NCBI GenBank assembly: GCA_030765405.1
Contig: JAVCCP010000042.1
Coordinates: 53,173 to 73,172, forward strand
Length of the DNA stretch: 20,000 nt
Origin: Candidatus Ancaeobacter aquaticus
GTDB taxonomy: Bacteria > Auribacterota > Ancaeobacteria > Ancaeobacterales > Ancaeobacteraceae
Direction of reading: 5' to 3'
This document shows, piece after piece, positions 12,001-20,000 of this stretch. A program made the position numbers and the translations under genes. The notes below the pieces were generated by a model. That model was given only the letters and a program-made list of their open reading frames with translations, ran no database searches and was not told the DNA's origin. The stretch's first letter is position 1, and the number at the start of each line of letters is the position of its first letter.

Positions 12001-15000
12001 CTCAAAACTCGAGCTTGAGGCTTGCTGAACTATATTGCCGAAGCTATCCCTTATAGTTGACGTTGTGGATGATGCGACAGATGCAACTCTTCCCTGAGAA
12101 TCATATGAATAATTTACCGCAGAAGTTGTCGTCTTGCCGGGATTCCATGAATCATTGAATGTAGTTGTCACCTTACCGGCTACAAGGCCCATGGAGTTAT
12201 ACCCCATATGTACAATAGTGCTGTAAGTGCGGCTCGAACCGCCGCGGCTTTCTTTTATATCAGCTCGGTATGAGCTCTGTCTTCCCCACAGGTCATACTT
12301 TATGTCCGTAATACGCTCACGTTTTGTACCCTTAGAATCTTTTGTGAAAACATTTTTGGAAATAGCCTGATTATCATCATTGTATTTAATACCTGATGTA
12401 TATACAGAATAAGACTTACGATAACCATTACTGCCGGTTTCAGTAATATATGTTCTATTACCTGTCATCCTGTTTTCATCATCGTATGTAATACCCCTTA
12501 CTCTTTGCCGAATGACCTTGTCAGGAGCGGCTGTATCTCCGTATGTATCTATATCTTTGGATACTACACGGCCCAAAACATCATATCCCATTCTGGTTTT
12601 TTCTTTATAACGTCTGTCAAGCAGTCTCTTTCCGTCTACCCCCCGGTTCTCACTGTATTCATGTACATCTCTCTTTTGATAGATCAAGTTTCCATCAATA
12701 TCATACGCGTTGGTTGTCCTCTCCTTGACCGTTTTATCCGATGTCAATGAATCCTTTCTGGTAGTATCAGTTTTAAGCGCGCGTCCGGAAGCGTCAAATT
12801 TAAGCACCTTTGTCTTTATGTACTGCTGTCTGACCATGTCGCCCTTAGATGTAACAATCTTTGAGATTGTTTCAACAGCCCTTCCTCTGATATCATATTT
12901 ATTTTCCCTGTCTTCAATCGTGTATGTCACATTACCTTTAGCATCTACTTCCTTTGTAGCAATGCACTTAATCCCGCCTTTTCGGTCATATTCAATAGAT
13001 ATCAGCTTCCTCTTATCCTGCGCCTTATACTTGGCCAGACTTACACTATTTATCCTGCCGGCACCGTCATATGAATAACTGGTCATCTGGGATTTTGTGG
13101 ATATCCAGAAACCACCACGCCCCCACTTTTGATGGAATGTTTTCACATTAACTATCCTGCCGGAATCATTAAAATCAGTTATAATAGTTTGCTTTGCACC
13201 TACAAGGCGCCAACACGCTATAGCATGATAGCCATTCGAATCAGGTATGTCGATAATGTTTATTAGATGAATATCGACATCACCAACGTGAACAACTTTG
13301 TTTCCTGTTCTTACATAATCTGCATATTGTTGGGAATTGATACGTCCTGCGCCCACTTTAAAGATAGCTTTTTCCTGTTTTATGAGGTTTCCGGCATTAT
13401 CGTAAGCAAATGTGCTGTACACCCTCTTATACGGGTTGTATATTGGTTTTTGGATTGTTCCACCAACTAATTTATAATTTATTTCATCAGCCCATACCAT
13501 TTGTCCTTTATCATTATATCCATATGTCTTGTCCTTCTTTTCTTTTGTGTACTCGACGTTATGACTAGTATTATTGTCCCAATACACACCCTTTATCTCG
13601 TATGAATCTTTTGTAAGATTGTCCTTTGCATCATATGTATAGATATGTGTTTCTTTTGCGTCAGTATAATACGTGTTACTATTAGGACCCCAGCCTCTTA
13701 ATTCATTACTATATGTATAAGTTTTGAGTTTGCCTGTATTGGTATATGTGTATGAATATTTTTCTCTGCTACTTTCGCTCCACGTACCAGAACCATTGTA
13801 TTGTTTTGAAACAGTTTCAAGTATTACTCTGTCATTTGAATCATACGTAAATTTTCGAATCTCTCTTGAAGAACCGCCTACCCACACCGGTGTCTCAAGT
13901 TGTTTTCCATCTTTCCAAGAACTTAAGTATTTACCTATAAGTATTTCTTGAGACAATTTACCGTCTTTATACTCATATAGATGATCTTCTCTTGTAACAC
14001 TGGCAGTACTCCAGTTACCAACAAGCCTTTTTGCATCTTTATCATAACTGACAAAGCTTCCCCGCTTAGCTACTTCTACGCTATATTTATCATCATATGA
14101 GTTGTACCACGCGTTCTCATACTGCCCTTTGTAAGCGGCAAATTCTTCACGGGTCATGTCTATGTTTTTTGTTCCCCAGCTATACGTGAAAACCTGATCT
14201 TCTATCATCGCGCCGGTAGTATCATCATAGATATATTTGTGTTCCTCTTTCTTTGAATCAGCCCACTTCATTGTATTAACATCTGATCTGCCGGTAACAT
14301 TATACGCAGGTACACTTGTTACAATAGATTCAGTGCTGATTCTTCCTTTATCGTCATATTCAAAAGAAACTGTCTCAAGGTTCATACCCCTTTTTTCTAC
14401 TTCTTTAATTTCGTCATATCCGCCCTTCAAAAAACTTACAAGTTCATCTAATAATAATGGACCTGTTCTTAACGCCGTCGAATAATCACTGTACCCCGGA
14501 TCGCTCGAAACATCAGGAGGATTCTTCCTCAAATAAGCTTGTGCTTCAGAGATCAACTCGCCTTTATCATATACGTCCTGAGGCTCTAGATGCATAAAAC
14601 CGCCTGCGGTACCGGCATTACGGCCGGCATAATTCAACATCTTTGCCAAAAGCTCGCCAAATTCGCTATCTGGATCTTTTGCCGCATAATGATCTCCAAG
14701 ATTTACCAGATAATGGTTTACAGCTTCACGAAACCCATACTCTCCCCACGTATCACCTTCCTTATATATCTTATCATCTTCATGGCACCACATTCCGTCT
14801 CTCTTAGCTAATCCACCTTCTTCCCAGGGATTTTCTATATAAAGAAATTCACCAGGTAAAACATCTACTATTCTATATCCGCTATAGGCCTGGGAATATT
14901 CTACCGATTGATTGGCGCGAAGTGTAATTTTCTTTTCGTTTCCTTCTGAATCTCTGACCACAACTTCTTGACTTTGCCGGTGATCAAATTCATAGTGCAG

Positions 15001-18000
15001 TCTGTTATGAAAAAACATCCCGCCTACATAAAATTGTTGATAGGTCACACCGTCTATCTTTGTTTCTTTATCTGTAATCCTCCCATATTTATCATATGTA
15101 AAATCAATAAATCTTTTTTCTTTCTTTGCTATATCATCCCTGACAATATGAAGCGGATTACCAAATCCGTCAAAGCTGTTGGCCACCTCAGTCACAACTA
15201 CCTGACCACTGGGATCATAAAATGTTGATGTTTCGTTTGTTGGCCTTCCCCTTACATTATATGTGGTATATTTACTGGTTGCCGGCAAACCACCTCTAAT
15301 ACTATCTACCGAGCTGGTAGCTAAATTATTAGAGTTTTCATGGTAGGTATTAATAATATATGTATAAGACGCGTCAGGAGATGTGCTCTGTGTCGTTGTT
15401 ATCGTCTTTTCCAGCAGAAATGCCATATCCTTATATTTATTTTTTATAGTTTGTGTTGAAACATTAGTCCCTACCGTTGATTTAATAGTTTGACTTAATA
15501 TGTTTCCGCGAATATCCCACTCAGTACTTGTAATGTCCTGAACAGTTGTTGTACTTTTAATAATGTCGGTTATTTCGATATGCTGTGCCTTTACTGTACC
15601 ATCTCTATTATAATCTTCAGTTTTGTAGGTTATTTCCTGTGTCTCGGTTACATAATCTGCTATATTCTTTGACTCAACTTTCTGTTTCAGCACATTTCCG
15701 TATATATCAAATTCGGTAGTTGATATATCTTGTGATCCGGTTAAGACAAATCCTTCATTCTTTTCCGCTTCCACTAAATCCTTCTGCGCCTGCACCACTG
15801 CGCTTTCAGCTTTTTTGTAAGTTCCCTCTGCCAGCGTCGCGGCCTCTGTTGTCTGCCCCATCAATGCCTGCCATTCTGTAAGCGCTGTTTCCTTGTCAGC
15901 TTGTGCCTTCTGTAAAGCTTGTTGCGCGCTCGTTACCGCATCAGCAAACTTGTAATTTGTGACTGTTTGGAAAGTAACCCTACCGCGCGCATCATATGTA
16001 AGAGTTATATCCTGTTTTGAAAGCGGATAACCTTCCCCATCCTTGTTGGTAACAGTCCTCTTTGTTGGATTTCCCTGTATGTCAAATTCGTTATTATTTA
16101 TTTCTCTGAAGTCAACCAGCTTCATTGTGCCGTTATCACGCTTTATAAAGGTTTTTGACGTCTGGGTAAGCAAATTGCCGCGGGCATCGTATGTATTCTC
16201 AAATTCATTACGGTCTTTCAAAACAAAGCCTGTATCTTTATAAACAAATGAATCTATTGTTTGGGTCCTTGGATTACCGCGGTTATCAAAATTTGAGCTA
16301 TTGATAACTTTCTTGCCAAGATAATTCGTATTTTTATCGGTCATAACAGTTGATGTCTCGTCCGTAAATGTATGGATTTCCTTTAAACTGACATTTCCGC
16401 GGGAATCAACATTAATATTGTCAATCTCCTGGCGTTCAACAAAAACCTCTTCTCCTGTAGCGCTTCTCACATTAAAACTCTTAATTGTACTGTGTGCAGG
16501 CGTGCCGCGCATACCGTATCCGGTATTCACAACAATCTGCTTGCTTAGATAATACTCGTTAGCATTATCCGTTTCATGTATATAGGTCTTGGTTGTTTTC
16601 TTGCCGACATTACCTCTGGAATCAACATCTTCATTTACTATCTCCTGCCGGTTAATAAAAACATCCAACACACCGGTTTTTGCCTTGTTCTTTACATCAC
16701 CTTTATAGTTAAGTACCGTAACTTCACCGGCATTACCCCTAAAATCAAATATTCTGCTGGTAATGATCTGTTTGCCAAGGTACATATCGTCAGCACTGGA
16801 ATTCTCATCAAGAAATGTCTTTATAACCTTTTTACCAATATTCCCCCTGCCATCGATATTGCTGTTTGTTATCTCCTGCCTGTCACTAAAGACTTCTTTC
16901 CCATCAATATTTGCCCAGTTTCTGGCAATCATATTACCCGCTATACCGTGGTAATCAAAGTTGGTGGAAAGTGTCTCTGTACGCCCTACATATGATGCGG
17001 TATCGTTTAAAACAGTATCAGAATATGTCTTTACTACCTTAAGACCGACATTACCGCGCAGATCAATCATCGAGTTTGTAATTTCCTGCCTGTCATAGAA
17101 CATTTCTTTGTACACACCGTCTTTTTTCTCCATCCCATAATTCTTGATTGTTACCAGAGCCGGTGTACCCTTAAAGGTAAATGACTTGTTGGTTATTTCC
17201 TGACGGCCAAGATAATGTTCATTGGCATTAGATGTCTCATCCGTATATGTCTTTATTGTCTTAAAACCAATATTGCCGCGGTAATCAATCTTGCGGTTAT
17301 CGACTTCCTGACGATCATTGAATACCTGCCTGTAATTTTCGTTTGGATTGAAACTATAATTTAATGTTGAAGTGTGAAGAGCCACTCCACGAACGGTAAA
17401 CCCTTTATTTGTGATTTCCTGGAGACCGATCTTAAACTGAGCGTCATTTTTACTTACATCTGTATAGGTTGTTATTGTCTTTTTAGTAACATTTCCACGT
17501 GAATCACTGCTTACATTCACAATTTCCTGCCGTTCAGAAAAGACTTCATTTCCTTGATCATTATAATAGTAATTCAATATCGTGGTATTGTTTGCCACGC
17601 CTCTGAAATTAATTTCGTTATTCTTTATTAATTTGTACGCAACATCTGTACGGCTGCCGTCAAGTTCAGTCTCAAAATCAATTATCTTCTGATCTTTTAC
17701 ATTTCCGCGTGAATCAAATTCATTATTAAAGGTTTCCTGTCCGCCAACCTTATCAAATGATGTATCCTGCTCGTTCCAGAAACCGTTTTCAACTAATATA
17801 TGTTTTGGGGTGTTTCTATAAAAACCAGTATTTGTTACCCACTGGCGTTCAAGATTTTCAAATTTCGGTCCCTGTGCGGTAATTATCGCATTATTATTGG
17901 CATCAAGCACAGCGCCTTGAATAGTAATCGTCTGGTTTGTAGCATTACCACGGCTGTTGTATACGCTATCTGTCGTTCTGCGCGTATCAAGTATGAATTT

Positions 18001-19998
18001 TCCTGAATCCCATATACTCGTTGTAACAACAGACAGCTTCGGATTTCCACGCTGAAACTTGGAGTTTCTTATCTCCTGGTTTTCCATATTTTCCCAGCTC
18101 GGTTTTTTACCGGCGGTAGTAATAATTTTACCCTCATCATCCAACTTGACGGCTTCAATTAAAATATTCTGTGTTTTCGCATTTCCTCGCGGGGTGTAAG
18201 TGCTATCAATAGTTTTCCTGGTATCAGCAACAAAACCTGCACCATCCCAAACAGATACCGTAACCTCTGAATGAGTGGGATTACCTCTAATAAAACCAGT
18301 ATTGCTAATCTCCTGATACTCAGATTTTTCAAAATGAACTGAGGCCAAATTATCAAGAGCGTTCGCACTATAACTAAGACTGTCAAAAGACTTATCAACA
18401 CTTCCCTCTTTAACCATATAGAGAGTTATTCTTTGCTTTTCAACGTTTCCTTTGCCGTCACGTTTATCATTGTTTGTTACCCGCATGGTATCAATTGTAA
18501 AACCTTTATCTTTAGACCATATCTCAGTAATTGAAGTGCTTTTAAACGGTGTATTTCTCTTAAACGGACCTTCATTAAACAGGCGCACTTTTTCTGCAGG
18601 CTCAAAACTTTTCCCAAACAAGGTTTGAGGATCTTCTGAGAGCTTGTCTTTGCTAATCTTACCCAGCCCGAGCAAACCAAAAGAACCTGTAACACCTTCT
18701 TTAACAAAAAACGTAGTAACAGTTTGCTCCTCAACGTTTCCCCTGCCGACAATCTTGGTGTTTTCAGTAAGCTGGACACTGTCTGCGACATACTTCGCCC
18801 CATCCCATATTTCCGTTGACGTTACACTATTCTCAAATATTCCATTCTTCGATTTACCGCTATTTACTGTCATTATATGTTCATTATTTTCCCACTTTGT
18901 AAGAGCTATCTGTTCATCAAATGTCTTTGCAGGATCAAACACTGTTGAGTCATCACCATAAATATATGTCTTTGTATCAGACTCTTCTACCTCACCCTTA
19001 GCGTTTATCTTCTTATTCTCGATAACACTCCTGGAGTCCATTACATATGCGGTGCCGTCATATATCGATGTTATCGTCTCTACTTTTTGTGCTACACCTC
19101 GCACAAATTTCCCGCTGCTTCTTATCTTCTGTATTTCTGATCTCTCAAAACCTTTACTTGCCACCGATACACCTAACGCGCTCATGTCTGCCGCGGCTGA
19201 TACCAGCTTTGATAACGCTTTCAAATTCGCTACACCTGTTCCCTTATCAAACATAAACGTCTCTATCGTCTGTTCTTTTATATTTCCTCTTCCGTCTACG
19301 TTCTTAAGATCAAGTGTCGTTATCTTCACGCTATCTGCGACATACTTAGACCCATCCCATACTTCGATTACCGTTACACTGTTTTTAAATACTCCCTTTT
19401 TCGAACTACCGCTATTTACTGTTATTATGTGTTCATTGTTTTCCCAGTTTGTACTCGGCAATAAACCGCTGATATTATCCGTTACATTTACTACAGTATC
19501 TGTTACTTTCGATATATATGTATGCGTATCAGACTCCACTACCTCACCCTTTGAGTTTATCTTCTTATTCTCTGTTACACTCATAGAATCAAGTATGTAT
19601 GCGCCTTTATCTTCATCATATATCGATGTTATCGTCGTTACTTCACTGGCTACTCCTCTTCTAAACGGTCCTTTATTCGTTATTGTCTTTAACTCGTCTT
19701 GAACATATTTTCCCGCTTCATATATAAATGTCTCTACCGTTTGCGCAAGTACATTCCCCCGCGCGTCAACTACCGCGTTTTTGGTTATTGTCTTTGTATC
19801 TTCCACATACTTTGCGCCATCCCAAATACTGGTTAATGTCACAATCTCTTTCGCAACACCTTTTCTGAACGGTCCTTTATTCGTTATTGTCTTTAACTCG
19901 TCTTGAACATATTTCCCTGCTTCATATATAAATGTCTCTACCGTTTGCGCAAGTACATTCCCCCGCGCGTCAACTACCGCGTTTTTGGTTATTGTCTT
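1..19998 (-). CDS. Giant (>6,666 aa) YD/RHS-like repeat protein with long helical region and hydrophobic segment; partial at both ends
   Basis: Manual check found no in-frame stop (no tta/cta/tca in plus-strand triplets starting at positions 1 mod 3). Translation is coherent throughout, from KTITKNAVVDARGNVLAQTVETF at the right edge to GALYSTGHGAYNMARIGVATE at the left edge. All internal DNA repeats measured have periods divisible by 3 (204, 552, 72 nt). Confidence 0.96.
559..687 (-). other. Hydrophobic, putative membrane-inserting segment
   Basis: IGSTVIEFVAVVLVTLGVGAVAKAIVQVGAKYSKFLFAVSLMI has a 15-residue uncharged core (FVAVVLVTLGVGAVA, 666-622) and a second apolar run (FLFAVSLMI, 585-559). 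Confidence 0.6.
2850..9700 (-). other. About 2,300-aa predominantly alpha-helical / coiled-coil region
   Basis: K/E/D/L/A-rich and Trp-poor, with heptad runs such as NLKNELKGLNDEKTQLKNKLEDLKNNNESMTTKRKDLSDDMLRTQADIDGYKKLM (about 9060-8895) and YKKAEAEFTAAEKDYAAFETAKSAYIKRL (about 3830-3745). Confidence 0.75.
7849..7977 (-). repeat. Imperfect 72-nt (24-aa) tandem duplication
   Basis: 7921-7977 encodes LEAMAKAVVADITNLFADV and 7849-7905 encodes LEAMVEAAVANVTKIFADV. The two copies share the DNA anchors gacatccgcaaa and ccatagcttccagc. Confidence 0.85.
14400..15000 (-). other. Non-repetitive globular insertion of about 200 aa in the YD region, family not recognised
   Basis: No YD motif occurs between YDKYGRIT (about 15095) and FEYDDKGRIS (about 14355). 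The segment begins with beta-like sequence and continues with helical sequence. Confidence 0.65.
15754..15945 (-). other. 64-aa Ala/Gln/Glu-rich helical (coiled-coil hairpin-like) insertion within the beta repeats
   Basis: ADAVTSAQQALQKAQADKETALTEWQALMGQTTEAATLAEGTYKKAESAVVQAQKDLVEAEKNE lies between YDARGRVTFQTVTNYKF and GFVLTGSQDISTTEFDIYGNV. Confidence 0.7.
16240..17760 (-). repeat. Six 70-77-aa two-hairpin repeats (F.[DE]RQEI.N..[IV]D.RGN[VI]G.K..KT[YF].D ... YLG.Q.I.N..F..RG)
   Basis: RQE[IV] motifs sit at about 17521, 17302, 17080, 16870, 16639 and 16423 (spacings 219, 222, 210, 231, 216 nt). Each is followed by D[SYLG]RGN. Confidence 0.9.
17770..18420 (-). repeat. About three 78-79-aa two-hairpin repeats (QEI.N..F.RGNP ... 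WD.G.F..DTR.T.DS.Y..RGNA..Q.I)
   Basis: The Gln of QEI/QEI/QWV falls at about 18315, 18078 and 17844 (spacing 237 and 234 nt). Example pair: WDGAGFVADTRKTIDSTYTPRGNAKTQ vs WDSGKFILDTRRTTDSVYNSRGNATNQ. Confidence 0.85.
18700..19690 (-). repeat. Diverged in-frame duplication, 552-nt (184-aa) period
   Basis: Anchors recur 552 nt apart: gcgacatactt at 18785/19337, taccgctatttactgt at 18855/19407, gtatcagactc at 18974/19526. Protein pairs: WENNEHIITVNSG/WENNEHIMTVNSG, WDGSKYVADSV/WDGAKYVADSV, ENKKINSKGEV/ENKKINAKGEV. Confidence 0.9.
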
Positions 19999-20000
19999 TG
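19664..20000 (-). repeat. Near-identical in-frame direct repeat, 204-nt (68-aa) period
   Basis: 19664-19796 and 19868-20000 match at 131 of 133 nt. Both mismatches are synonymous (GCG GGA vs GCA GGG = Ala-Gly). Unit: TKTITKNAVVDARGNVLAQTVETFIYEAGKYVQDELKTITNKGPFRKGVAKEIVTLTSIWDGAKYVED. Confidence 0.95.

Larger units (their letters stand above)
9700..16240 (-). repeat. YD/RHS-like beta-hairpin repeat region (about 2,150 aa including insertions)
   Basis: Dozens of Y[DN]xxG[RNQ] motifs: TYDARGNLL, TYDARGRVT, TYDKYGRIT, EYDDKGRIS, AYDNAGNLI, SYDGAGRIN, KYDIRGRAV, GYDVLGRVV, SYDSQGRVA, TYDMEGRMA, KYDAHGRVT, QYDGFGNIT, AYNSLGQLT, KYDGNGNAT. These match the known RHS/YD consensus, but spacing is longer than canonical. 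Confidence 0.85.

Noticed and set aside
15205..15219. YDPSG as an RHS DPxG cleavage motif
   Set aside because: It lacks the PxxxxDPxG spacing, sits in an ordinary hairpin, and is followed by about 1,800 aa more of YD-containing sequence.
174..19702. All ORFs in the supplied track, e.g. + strand 1897..2676, 6890..7309, 8984..9406, 9419..10234, 16576..16995, 19052..19702, and the short minus-strand ORFs
   Set aside because: All lie inside the giant minus-strand frame. The Ser/Phe/Leu/Ile-rich plus-strand translations are the expected antisense read of Lys/Glu/Asn-rich codons, and none resembles a protein family I recognise.
1..19998. Alternative genetic code or intein/Hint autoprocessing domain explaining the ORF length
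   Set aside because: The frame is open under the standard code with no TGA or TAG needing reassignment, and I saw no Hint block motifs.
19664..20000. Direct repeats as a CRISPR array or DGR template/variable pair
   Set aside because: The repeat is 133+ nt, in frame and coding. The two mismatches are synonymous and the adenines fall in different copies, unlike DGR adenine mutagenesis. No cas or reverse transcriptase gene is present.

Overview
The whole window is the interior of one giant protein-coding gene on the minus strand. I read the codons spanning positions 1-3, 4-6 ... 19996-19998 line by line and found no TAA, TAG or TGA in 6,666 codons, so start and stop both lie outside the window. 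The ORF track missed this gene, and its entries are antisense or out-of-frame shadows. N to C (right to left), the protein has: (1) about 3,400 aa of long beta-hairpin repeats, first an 'RGN/WDG' family with very recent DNA-level duplications and variable loops (20000-16240), then YD/RHS-like repeats (16240-9700) carrying several inserted modules; (2) about 2,300 aa of Lys/Glu/Asp/Leu-rich alpha-helical and coiled-coil sequence (9700-2850); (3) a mixed alpha/beta region, a TPR-like helix, a hydrophobic segment and Gly/Ala-rich amphipathic helices running off the left edge. I found no RNA genes, CRISPR arrays, mobile elements or intergenic DNA. The layout suggests a giant secreted or surface toxin-delivery or adhesin-like protein, but function and host are inference only.
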